DNA of 28,883 nt from a virus (IMGVR_UViG_3300006118_000031:1-28883), one strand, 5' to 3'. Counted from the stretch's first letter, positions 8,320 through 16,969 are shown. A program made the numbers and translations. The notes: a model not told the origin generated them from the sequence alone.

Positions 8320-8348
8320 ATTATACTATACTATATTTTGGATGTCAA
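8320..8348 (-). promoter_or_regulatory. Consensus sigma70 promoter (leaderless)
   Basis: Perfect TTGACA-N17-TATAAT, 6 nt to ATG 8313, no Shine-Dalgarno. Confidence 0.8.
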
Positions 8349-8826
8349 TAGTCTCGCTTGCACGACTAATTTCCTTAACAAAGTATGCACAAACTGGTTT
8401 TGGACCTTCACTAATTGGGATACAAAGCAACTGTCCATTCTTTAGTTTAGGAAAATACCAACGCACATCTTGATAAACATCTTCAATTTCTATTGGTAAA
8501 AAGTTAGCACGAAAACTACTCAACGGGTTAAATGTAAATGCTTGGAATCCACGATCATTTAATTTTGTAAGTGGTAGTGCTTCTAGATCACCAATTTCTG
8601 CTTCACCAATAAGAATACGCCAATTATACGGCATCATAATACGATGTTGTCCTATTTTAAGAACAAGTGCTGGATCATTAAAACTTTCTAAAAATACTAG
8701 CGGCAAAAAATAATAATCTGCTTCTGGTGGGTTACTATTGTCTAGCACACAGAATCGCAGGTCATCAACTTGTTCTGGTAAATTATTCATCTCAAATACG
8801 GTATTGTCTACTGTTAGTATTCTCAC
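8326..8826 (-). CDS. Conserved-looking phage hypothetical protein
   Basis: 166-aa ORF (MRILTVDN..., FLPLVFLESF, WYFPKLKNGQLL), co-oriented downstream of uvsW. Confidence 0.75.
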   Translation of the reverse strand: MRILTVDNTVFEMNNLPEQVDDLRFCVLDNSNPPEADYYFLPLVFLESFNDPALVLKIGQHRIMMPYNWRILIGEAEIGDLEALPLTKLNDRGFQAFTFNPLSSFRANFLPIEIEDVYQDVRWYFPKLKNGQLLCIPISEGPKPVCAYFVKEISRASETIDIQNIV

Positions 8827-9593
8827 TGTTTTTCCTTAATAAAATTATAATATAATTCAGCAATAGCAACTTGTCCATCTGGATGTGTATGGTAACCAGG
8901 GTCTGGACCTGTTAATGGATAACTATCGCAAAATGCACCTAGTGCAAAAGGTGGTGGTGCAAAATATTTGTCCGTAAAATCTCGTGGGAAATCATGATTC
9001 CATCCTCTGCCACGAATATATGAGTTCCAACCATTAAAAATAAAAGGTATCTTTAACGCATCAAGTTTCCATAAACCACTGAACAGCACCCAATTGTCTA
9101 CTTGACGTTTCCAGTGTGCATCATAAAGAAAGGCTGCGTAACTTTCCATAGCCTTGCGAGTATGCCTATCAACTTTAGCAATACGATAATTATGTTCATA
9201 ATTTTCAATTACGCTAAACATGGTTTCAGAAATCATACGATAAGGATGCGCATCGCCGTAATTAAAGTTTTTTAGTCCATCTTCCCAACGATAACCGTTA
9301 CGATTTTCTGGTTTTGCACTATGGTTAGGGCTACCATCAATTATCTTTATAAATTTTTCAATCGGAAACTCTAATCTATCTTCGGTGGTGCTAGCAATTA
9401 ATACCCAATCAGGTTTGATCTTAATTGCTTCATCAATTTGTAACCGTATCACATTATTACCAATACCTTGGCGAGCAAAACTTATAAGTTCTGCACCAAG
9501 TTTTGTAGCAAGTATTTCACTCCAGTGTGTGCCACTATATTCAGGAAGATTACTAACTGCGCTAAATGAACAACCACACACTACTATTTTCAT
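8823..9593 (-). CDS. SGNH/GDSL-like hydrolase or acyltransferase
   Basis: Block I VCGCSFS, block II ARQGIGN, C-terminal DPGYHTHPDGQ. Confidence 0.65.
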   Translation of the reverse strand: MKIVVCGCSFSAVSNLPEYSGTHWSEILATKLGAELISFARQGIGNNVIRLQIDEAIKIKPDWVLIASTTEDRLEFPIEKFIKIIDGSPNHSAKPENRNGYRWEDGLKNFNYGDAHPYRMISETMFSVIENYEHNYRIAKVDRHTRKAMESYAAFLYDAHWKRQVDNWVLFSGLWKLDALKIPFIFNGWNSYIRGRGWNHDFPRDFTDKYFAPPPFALGAFCDSYPLTGPDPGYHTHPDGQVAIAELYYNFIKEKQ

Positions 9594-11032
9594 TTGTAAA
9601 CACTCTTTTCTTGAGTGAACGGATATTTTGCATCTTTATAAAATTGTTTGCGTTTTGTAAGATGTCGTTTTGCAAAATTACAATCTGCTGTTATGTCCCA
9701 TATTTGGACAAAATCTTTATCTTCTGCTTTGCGTATGCCACGACCGATAGACTGAATGACACGAACGAATGACTTGCCAGGTTCAATAAGAACAAGATTA
9801 AAAATACGAGGAATATTAATACCAACTGCAGCCACTCCATAAGTTGCGATAATAATTTTATCGCTAACATCTGCAACTTCATCATAGTGTTCTTTGCGTT
9901 CATCTACTTTCATATCTCCGTGAACAAAAACGCTGTTAGGTAATCGTGAAACAAGTTCATCACCACATTCACGGCGATCAACTAGCACAAGTGTATTGCC
10001 AGTTTTAATAATTTCACCAATCATGTTTGCAAGATAATCCAAACGCTCACTATTGGTAGTGAGATATTTTAGTTCGGCTTGATAATTTTTGAACTGACTG
10101 TATTCAACAGTTTGAACTATATTCACATGGCACTGACTTAATACACCACGTTCTTGTAGTTCAGCCGCACTTAATTGATTAAGCACCTGACCAAATGATA
10201 CAAGCAGCGCAGCACGTTCAAACTGTTCTTTTGGAACTGTTCCTGTTAAGCCCCAACGAATAGGAACATTAGCAAAGTGATCTGTGAGTAGTGTTTTAAG
10301 AACTTCTGCTTTTGCTTGATGCACTTCATCAACGATAATAGCAACAACATTTAGCATGGCTGTCCATTCATCGCCATCTTTATTTTTCTTTAGCAGATTG
10401 TTTAGGCTTTGCCATGTGCAGATAGTATGTGTGCGACCTAATTCTTTACGGTCACCGAAATAAACACCAACATCTAATCCAAGATTTATATAATCTGCTT
10501 CTGTTTGTGTCACAAGACTTTTATTGGGCACGATGATAATAGTGCGACCATACTTTTCAACGCTGTGCGATAGTGCTGCTGTCATAATTGTTTTGCCAGC
10601 ACCAGTTGCTACTTCTTGTATACCTTGTGGATTGCTTAAAAACTCGTTTACAATTTCAACTTGATAATCACGAAGAACTATTGGTTTGCCTTCTTGTGGA
10701 TGACCTTTTGGCCAAGTTTTATTACTAAATGTATTTTCATTAATTGCAACAAACTCAAGTTGTTGTCGTGATACACGATGATCTACAACTTCAAAATCCC
10801 AATTACGGTCTTGCAACCACTCTATAATTTCTGGTAGTAAATTAATAAACGTAGAACCGCCAAGTTGAAAGTAAGCAACCTTACCATCCCAACGGCCTAA
10901 CTTAACACTGGGTAAATGACGTGCATAAGGGACTTCATATTTGAATTTCGTCACTAATCTGCGACGAGTATCAACATCAAGTCCCTCTATTTTGCAATTA
11001 ACTTCATCCCTAATTACAATTTTGCATAACAT
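9590..11032 (-). CDS. uvsW: SF2 DNA helicase UvsW
   Basis: LRDYQ, ATGAGKT, DEVH, GLTGT, VGINIP, QSIGRGIR motifs; 480 aa. Confidence 0.9.
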   Translation of the reverse strand: MLCKIVIRDEVNCKIEGLDVDTRRRLVTKFKYEVPYARHLPSVKLGRWDGKVAYFQLGGSTFINLLPEIIEWLQDRNWDFEVVDHRVSRQQLEFVAINENTFSNKTWPKGHPQEGKPIVLRDYQVEIVNEFLSNPQGIQEVATGAGKTIMTAALSHSVEKYGRTIIIVPNKSLVTQTEADYINLGLDVGVYFGDRKELGRTHTICTWQSLNNLLKKNKDGDEWTAMLNVVAIIVDEVHQAKAEVLKTLLTDHFANVPIRWGLTGTVPKEQFERAALLVSFGQVLNQLSAAELQERGVLSQCHVNIVQTVEYSQFKNYQAELKYLTTNSERLDYLANMIGEIIKTGNTLVLVDRRECGDELVSRLPNSVFVHGDMKVDERKEHYDEVADVSDKIIIATYGVAAVGINIPRIFNLVLIEPGKSFVRVIQSIGRGIRKAEDKDFVQIWDITADCNFAKRHLTKRKQFYKDAKYPFTQEKSVYK

Positions 11033-11038
11033 TCATAT

Positions 11039-11067
11039 AATATAATGTATGTTTATGTTAAATGCAA
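11039..11067 (-). promoter_or_regulatory. sigma70-like promoter of uvsW (probably leaderless)
   Basis: TTGCAT-N17-TATATT, 6 nt to ATG 11032. Confidence 0.55.
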
Positions 11068-11069
11068 TA

Positions 11070-11804
11070 TTAATCTATAGCGATGCTATCAGTAGTTCTT
11101 GCTTTATATAAAAATGCTTCTGTTTCAGAAGTAACAACGCCTGTAAGTAATGCACTTACACGTGGAGTGAAACTGGCATTTGCTGTATAATGCGGTGTAT
11201 CTTTGTGACTGAATGTATGGAAGTCGCCTGCTTTCCAGTGTGTATAAGTGTAGTTACCATAACCAAACCACATACCTGGTTGCCAGTCATTAAGCATGAC
11301 CATTACACGCAATACCTTACTTGGATCAACGTCTGCAATAGTATTGCGACGATGGAATACATCGATATGGTAAGGAAACACTTGACCAGTTCTTTGAACA
11401 TGAACAGTATGCCACTGTGGATTTGCAAAGGCAAAACAATCAATCATCTTTTGAACTTTTGGTCCCCATTCAGCAGTCTTTGTTATAATCTGGTATTTGT
11501 CGTAATCAACATCTGTCTTATCAAAGAATTGCTTTTCAAACTCATACTTGCCATTTTTAAGTTGACCATGATCTGCATCTGGACCATTATAACTTTCTTC
11601 GTGATATTTTGTTTGTTTTACGTTACCACGAACAGCCATGCTTACAGGCAGTGCTCTTGAAACGATTTCTTCAACTTCATCACTCCAATCACCACTAAAA
11701 CGTCCTAAACCAATAGCCGCATCAAAACGTGGATCAATTCTATCATTATCAAAGTGATAAGCACTTAGTGATTTTGCTTCTTGAAACCAATCTAAATCAT
11801 TCAT
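11070..11804 (-). CDS. 2OG-Fe(II) oxygenase (double-stranded beta-helix)
   Basis: PYHID (HxD), MLNDWQPG, TPHYTAN (distal His), PRVS (RxS 2OG-binding). Confidence 0.75.
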   Translation of the reverse strand: MNDLDWFQEAKSLSAYHFDNDRIDPRFDAAIGLGRFSGDWSDEVEEIVSRALPVSMAVRGNVKQTKYHEESYNGPDADHGQLKNGKYEFEKQFFDKTDVDYDKYQIITKTAEWGPKVQKMIDCFAFANPQWHTVHVQRTGQVFPYHIDVFHRRNTIADVDPSKVLRVMVMLNDWQPGMWFGYGNYTYTHWKAGDFHTFSHKDTPHYTANASFTPRVSALLTGVVTSETEAFLYKARTTDSIAID

Positions 11805-12564
11805 TTGTATTCTCCAAGTTACTACTATTTATTGGCTCACGCCAAGGAATACAAGATAATTGAAGTCCACTAACCAATCCTCTGCCATAGTCTTGTGGAT
11901 AATACAAAGTTTTAACACCATCCCAGTAATTTTCAGTAGGATCAGCATAGGTAGGAGTTAATCTATCAGTAAAATTAGTTCTAATCCATTCTTTTGTAAG
12001 TTGTGATACAGGTAAATTATGCTTACGATTCCAGTGTTTAATTGCATAATGTTGATAGCAAATTTCTTCCCATAACATTTCATAATCATTATGAAAAATA
12101 TGTTCAGGATATGGGTCATATACATGGTTAAAACCATCACATAATCCCCAATTAGCCAAGCAACGATGTGGATCATTATTAATTGTTATAATTGCTGCTT
12201 CTGGAAACTGTTCCATAATTTGATCTAGATGATGCGCAAACTCATGACTTTTGTGAATACGAATTAGTATTTCTTTATCTGGTTGTGGTAAGAATACACT
12301 ATCAACTACTGATAAGATTTCTTCACGAGTATATTTTCCAAAGTTTAGTATCCAATCACCAAACTCATTACCAACGTTAAAATAAGCACCACGATGCGGT
12401 ATCTGTCCAGTATCACGTTTCCACTGACGTTTTTCATTCCAATCGCTATTATCTATATCAAGGAATGCCTCACGCAATCTACGGTCACAACCACTCCACA
12501 TACTGCCAGGCGGACCAGTAAGAAATATTCGTTTTATCACTTGCTTATTCATCATCATCTCCAA
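11797..12564 (-). CDS. Sulfotransferase-like / P-loop fold protein, paralog 2
   Basis: RIFLTGPPGSMWSG resembling a 5'-PSB loop; IRIHKSH; QFPEAAII; real start may be MNKQV a few codons in. Confidence 0.5.
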   Translation of the reverse strand: MEMMMNKQVIKRIFLTGPPGSMWSGCDRRLREAFLDIDNSDWNEKRQWKRDTGQIPHRGAYFNVGNEFGDWILNFGKYTREEILSVVDSVFLPQPDKEILIRIHKSHEFAHHLDQIMEQFPEAAIITINNDPHRCLANWGLCDGFNHVYDPYPEHIFHNDYEMLWEEICYQHYAIKHWNRKHNLPVSQLTKEWIRTNFTDRLTPTYADPTENYWDGVKTLYYPQDYGRGLVSGLQLSCIPWREPINSSNLENTNE

Positions 12565-13327
12565 AGAACTTAGGTATTTTACTTTTTATTTCATCATTTG
12601 TCAAATATCCTGTTTTCCATGGATAACAAGAAACTTCTACGGTAGGTATTAAACCATGACTACCATCACGTGACATATGTAATGTCTCAACTCCATCATA
12701 TATTCTTTCTTTGCTATTTGCAAACTTAGAATTTAGCGGAACTTTGAAGTTTGACTGAATGAATTTTTTAGTGAACCGTGAAGTTTCTAGTTTCATTTTA
12801 CGGTTCCACAGTTTAATTGTCCAGTGATGCAAATTTATTTCTTCCCAAATGTGTTCATAATCTAAATTAAAAACTTCATCTGGATATTTGTCATAAGGTG
12901 TAGTAAAAGCACCGCTCTTATGCCAATTGTGCAAGCATCGATGTGGGTCATTATTCACAGTAACAATAGCAGCATCAGGAAATTGTTCTACAATCTGATC
13001 TAAATGCAAACAAAAATCATGACACTTGTGCAAACGTATAAGAAAAGGTTCTTCTGGTTGTGGGATAAAAACACTATCGAGTGTTTCTATAATCTCCTCA
13101 CGATTATATTTGTGAAACTTGGTTATCCAATCACCAAACTCATTACCTTTGTTAAAGTATGCGCCATAATGTGTTTTTTCACCGTTTGGTTTGATCCACA
13201 TGCGCTGTGGTGTAATGTCGGTGTTATCAGCATGCATTAATGCTCGCCGCAATCTTTGATCGACACTACTCCAAAAACTACCAGCAGGTCCAGTTACAAA
13301 GATACGTTTAATAATTTGTTTTTTCAC
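12545..13327 (-). CDS. Sulfotransferase-like / P-loop fold protein, paralog 1
   Basis: RIFVTGPAGSFWSS; IRLHKCH; QFPDAAIV; GTG start 4 nt after a TAAATA box. Confidence 0.5.
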   Translation of the reverse strand: MKKQIIKRIFVTGPAGSFWSSVDQRLRRALMHADNTDITPQRMWIKPNGEKTHYGAYFNKGNEFGDWITKFHKYNREEIIETLDSVFIPQPEEPFLIRLHKCHDFCLHLDQIVEQFPDAAIVTVNNDPHRCLHNWHKSGAFTTPYDKYPDEVFNLDYEHIWEEINLHHWTIKLWNRKMKLETSRFTKKFIQSNFKVPLNSKFANSKERIYDGVETLHMSRDGSHGLIPTVEVSCYPWKTGYLTNDEIKSKIPKFFGDDDE

Positions 13328-13330
13328 GAA

Positions 13331-13513
13331 TTATTTAAGAGTAGACTTAACCTCTTTAATATTTTGGAAGGTAACTTTGCCACCACCAAAACCATACTGC
13401 AAATCGACCAGGCGCTTTGCACTCGCCTGGTCGTTAGCATTAACTACTAATGTGAACTGTAGAGTAGGTGTTTTTGGTCTTGTAACAACACCTTTTAGTT
13501 CATATGCTTTCAC
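13331..13513 (-). CDS. Small hypothetical protein
   Basis: 60 aa, GTGA overlap with the AAA gene; VNANDQASAKRLVDLQYG. Confidence 0.6.
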   Translation of the reverse strand: MKAYELKGVVTRPKTPTLQFTLVVNANDQASAKRLVDLQYGFGGGKVTFQNIKEVKSTLK

Positions 13514-14535
13514 GCACCATTCCTCATAACCGTTACTTCAGCAACACGCTGCCAACGATTGCCAACACTCTTCTTAAGGTCTGCTAACTTAAGAGCCGTG
13601 CGAAGTGACATTTCACGGAACTTTTTAGCATTTACCTTCATGAACGCAAGAATTTCTTCTTGTGCGGCATCGTCAAAATCATACTCACGGAACAATTCTC
13701 CGCTTTGTGCGATTTGCTGAATACGAAGATATTTATCGTGTTCAGTGTCAAGCGTCAAATCAATATAATGACAACGTGACTGCATGGCTTCAAGATGGTC
13801 TTGCAACTTCTTGGAGCGAATATGATCAAACTTCAAGTTGGTAATGAAGATAACGCCGCCCTTGAAGTCAAAATGATTTGGAATACCTTGCTTGTTAAGC
13901 AAGTTGCTGTCAGCATTCCAGTGGATGGTGCGTTTTTTACCGCTGTCAAGTGCTGCCTTGAGAATATTGAGTGAGAGTTCATCCATCAACACGCTATCGC
14001 AATCGTCAAATACCAGAACGCAACCGCTGTCGCTGTATTCATACAACTTGGCATAAAGACCAAGTGCTGTCATAGCACCCTTAACAACTTGATACTTCTT
14101 GCGACCAGCAACTTCATCCAACACCGAAACTTCGTTAAGGCGTTTGTGAACACCGTAAGACTTACCAACGCCAGGCGGTCCAACAACGATCATAGCACGA
14201 ACGTCACCTTCTTTGACAGCCGTAGTCATGTCTTCAAGGATTTCAAACCGCTCTGCTATACGTGCGATGATTTGCTCATCAGTTTCTTTTACTTTTGGTG
14301 TTGCTACGGCGTGTGTCATAGTAGGGGCTTCCTCATTAGTATATTCAATTTGATGTGCGCCGTCAAGAACAATACGGCAACGTTTGCGATTGAAAGCAAC
14401 GCTACCATCAACGCTGACATAACCACCACGACCAACCTTAGTGAATGGCGTTAGTAGCGGAAATACCATATTTTCAACTGGCATACCATTAAAAGTGCCA
14501 GACTTGATACGAACCGTAGAGCCTGCGTAAGTCAT
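13510..14535 (-). CDS. AAA+ family ATPase
   Basis: Walker A VGPPGVGKS, Walker B VLVFDDCD, sensor IFITN, Arg finger AMQSRC; strong SD GGAGA. Confidence 0.85.
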   Translation of the reverse strand: MTYAGSTVRIKSGTFNGMPVENMVFPLLTPFTKVGRGGYVSVDGSVAFNRKRCRIVLDGAHQIEYTNEEAPTMTHAVATPKVKETDEQIIARIAERFEILEDMTTAVKEGDVRAMIVVGPPGVGKSYGVHKRLNEVSVLDEVAGRKKYQVVKGAMTALGLYAKLYEYSDSGCVLVFDDCDSVLMDELSLNILKAALDSGKKRTIHWNADSNLLNKQGIPNHFDFKGGVIFITNLKFDHIRSKKLQDHLEAMQSRCHYIDLTLDTEHDKYLRIQQIAQSGELFREYDFDDAAQEEILAFMKVNAKKFREMSLRTALKLADLKKSVGNRWQRVAEVTVMRNGA

Positions 14536-14565
14536 CTGTTTTCTCCATCAACAGGTTATATTAAG

Positions 14566-14593
14566 ATAATATCATAGAATTAGGGGTTGTCAA
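14566..14593 (-). promoter_or_regulatory. Early-type promoter of the AAA gene
   Basis: TTGACA-N16-TATTAT with TG at the extended -10 position; leader contains GATGGAGAAA. Confidence 0.6.
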
Positions 14594-14781
14594 GCATTAT
14601 TTGCGACAAACATAGCATCATCATACCGCTCATAAGCCGCTGATAAATCATCATAATTTTCATCGCTAGGCTGCGGCTGTGGGTCATTTTGGTGGATACG
14701 GGTCCATTCTTCTGCCAAAAACTCGTGGATTTCAGCAACATCTTGGGCAGTTTCACCGTCAAAAAATTGACATTTTTCCAT
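14590..14781 (-). CDS. Small acidic hypothetical protein
   Basis: Start at second Met (MEKCQF) follows SD GGAGA; own promoter upstream. Confidence 0.6.
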   Translation of the reverse strand: MEKCQFFDGETAQDVAEIHEFLAEEWTRIHQNDPQPQPSDENYDDLSAAYERYDDAMFVANNA

Positions 14782-14806
14782 GACTTTCTCCATCGGCTAT
14801 ATTTTT

Positions 14807-14834
14807 ATAATAACACAAATCGTGATAATGTCAA
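14807..14834 (-). promoter_or_regulatory. Early-type promoter, same class as 14566..14593
   Basis: TTGACA-N16-TATTAT with TG; leader contains GATGGAGAAA. Confidence 0.6.
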
Positions 14835-14835
14835 C

Positions 14836-14843
14836 TATAAATA
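14836..14843 (+). promoter_or_regulatory. T4-type late promoter
   Basis: Exact TATAAATA, 5 nt before ATG 14849. Confidence 0.65.
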
Positions 14844-14848
14844 TCACC

Positions 14849-15229
14849 ATGGCTGACGATGGTCCAATCAAATATATCAATATAAAAACAGCAGAAATAC
14901 CTTACTTTGATGAAGATGGACATGTTTCAGACAACGAAAAATATCAGTCTATACTAAATTATTACGAAGATGAAACAGAAAAAATGCTAGATGAAGGTTC
15001 AATCCTATCTTATACAAAAGAGTGGAGTAAAGATGGATTATCGCAAACACGAACAATAATTTATGCAAATGCTGCTGCATATATAGCATGGGAACATATG
15101 AAAGATTACCAAAATGTTCCTGAATATCATCAAGCCAGATGGGATTATTTTCAAAAAAATAACATAACAATAAAAAAAATATTTGATTTTAGTGGAAACT
15201 TTGATGCCAATAAGAAAAATCATTACTAG
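14849..15229 (+). CDS. Hypothetical protein A (MADDGP family)
   Basis: Start reassigned to MADDGPI by match with the 15560 gene and the late box. Confidence 0.75.
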   Translation: MADDGPIKYINIKTAEIPYFDEDGHVSDNEKYQSILNYYEDETEKMLDEGSILSYTKEWSKDGLSQTRTIIYANAAAYIAWEHMKDYQNVPEYHQARWDYFQKNNITIKKIFDFSGNFDANKKNHY

Positions 15230-15539
15230 ATATAGTCCAAGACCAAACCTACAATTTAATGATTTTCAAAAAACCGATGAAACAATTTCAGAGGGAAAAA
15301 GCAAAGTGCGTCACAAAAGAAATTGTATCAAAGATGGCACCATTTCATCTTTTTCAGAATCACGAAGCAACGATACTAGAACAGTAAGAAGCATTTTTAC
15401 TTTTTCAGATTCAGAAAATTACAACAAATGGATGTTAGTAAGTGATGTAAAGAGTAAAGAATTTTTTGAAGAAATGGTAAAATTCTATATTAAAAATAAA
15501 GTTATTAAAACCACAGAACTTTTCTTTTCGGAAAAATAA
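15204..15539 (+). CDS. Hypothetical protein B (MPxxKxIxRYSP family)
   Basis: Start reassigned to MPIRKIITRYSP by match with the 15916 gene. Confidence 0.75.
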   Translation: MPIRKIITRYSPRPNLQFNDFQKTDETISEGKSKVRHKRNCIKDGTISSFSESRSNDTRTVRSIFTFSDSENYNKWMLVSDVKSKEFFEEMVKFYIKNKVIKTTELFFSEK

Positions 15540-15559
15540 ATATTTGATTGGAGATATAG

Positions 15560-15916
15560 ATGGCCGACGATGGACCAATAAGAATTACAGAAATAAAAAC
15601 CAAAGAAGATATAAATCTTGATATGAGTGGTTTTATTGGTGATAACACAGAATGGCGATCACAGTTACTCACTATAAAAGATGCTATAACTGGTATGGTG
15701 GCAAATGGGTGGATAGTAAGCAAAACACAAGATTTAAGTGCAAATGGTCTTACCCATACTAGAACAACTACATTTGCCAATTCTTATTGCTATTTGTCCT
15801 ATGAAACTCTTAAATATGAAGTCAAGACACAAGAATTTCAGATAGCAGAACATGCGTGGCGTATGGATAATAATATATACGTTAAAAAAATTATTGAATA
15901 CTTAGGATCAGTATAA
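15560..15916 (+). CDS. Hypothetical protein A' (paralog of A)
   Basis: MADDGPIRITEIKT; SD GGAG; AATAAATA upstream (15535-15542). Confidence 0.75.
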   Translation: MADDGPIRITEIKTKEDINLDMSGFIGDNTEWRSQLLTIKDAITGMVANGWIVSKTQDLSANGLTHTRTTTFANSYCYLSYETLKYEVKTQEFQIAEHAWRMDNNIYVKKIIEYLGSV

Positions 15917-16263
15917 TGCCATTAAAAAAGGTTATTTCACGTTATTCTCCTGTTCCAGATATTGAAAATAATGATTTTGCAACTACAGATGAACATCTTA
16001 ATCAAATTCAATTGATTAAAACTAATAGAGATGCGCAAATTGAAAGAGGAATTATATCATATAAATCTAATTACTCTAGTGATGATAAATTGACTAGCAT
16101 TACAGAACTTCATTTTCCAAATGCGCAAGCATATACAACGCATACTTCAGAATTACACGATATAATTGAATCAGCAAGTGCTGAGTATAAAGATGCTAAT
16201 GCAAAATTTAGACATCAAAATCAATTTGTAAGAACTATAGAATTATTTTATACTAAAGATTAA
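15916..16263 (+). CDS. Hypothetical protein B' (paralog of B)
   Basis: MPLKKVISRYSP...NDF.TTDE...TIELFY; TAATG coupling. Confidence 0.75.
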   Translation: MPLKKVISRYSPVPDIENNDFATTDEHLNQIQLIKTNRDAQIERGIISYKSNYSSDDKLTSITELHFPNAQAYTTHTSELHDIIESASAEYKDANAKFRHQNQFVRTIELFYTKD

Positions 16264-16969
16264 TATAATTCTCTCTAGGATAACGTTCACGATAATGACG
16301 TTCGCCTGGTTCTAAACTACGAGCCAATTCTACATAACTTGGATTACCGCTTTGCAACCAAGCCTCATGATCAAAACGCCAGTGAGGATTAGTTGGGTGG
16401 CGTGTAAATTGTGTAAAGTTATGATTTAATCTATCCTCTGGATGCGCAATAGGTTGTAGTTTTGCAACATATTCACTACGTGCCCACCAGAAATTGCCAG
16501 CAAAATGTGGCCAAGGTGTTGTATTATAATTTGTGCCAACTGCATCGGCACCTTCATCAAGTGCTTCAACATTATCACGCCATTTTTCAATCGTTGCCCA
16601 ATTCATAAAATCACGCCAATCGCCTACATTAGGATCACCATAACGCAGCAAACCTTTTAGATGAATATAACAAATATAATATGGCTCACTTGCTTCACGT
16701 GCTTGCTGTAACATATACATAAGCGTTGGCCATTCGTGATATGCGGCATCTTTATTAATACCTACTAATCTCAACTTTCCTTCTGGATCATTAGTATTTT
16801 TAGATTGTAGCCATGTAGTAAAAGTCCATGGTTGACCATTCATACAAATATTAATCTCACTGGCAGCATCTCGTAAACCGCTGCTGTTTATCAAATCCCA
16901 CTGTTGGTCCATTACGCTGTTCCAACCACCTAACTCATTTACATGCCAGAAAATCTTGATATTTGTCAT
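16253..16969 (-). CDS. Glycosyltransferase-like protein
   Basis: KIFWHV, HEWPTL, CYIHLKG, HFAGNFWWA motifs of a viral/bacterial GT-like family; start MTNIKIF at 16969 (the track's extension runs into the tRNA). Confidence 0.55.
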   Translation of the reverse strand: MTNIKIFWHVNELGGWNSVMDQQWDLINSSGLRDAASEINICMNGQPWTFTTWLQSKNTNDPEGKLRLVGINKDAAYHEWPTLMYMLQQAREASEPYYICYIHLKGLLRYGDPNVGDWRDFMNWATIEKWRDNVEALDEGADAVGTNYNTTPWPHFAGNFWWARSEYVAKLQPIAHPEDRLNHNFTQFTRHPTNPHWRFDHEAWLQSGNPSYVELARSLEPGERHYRERYPRENYINL

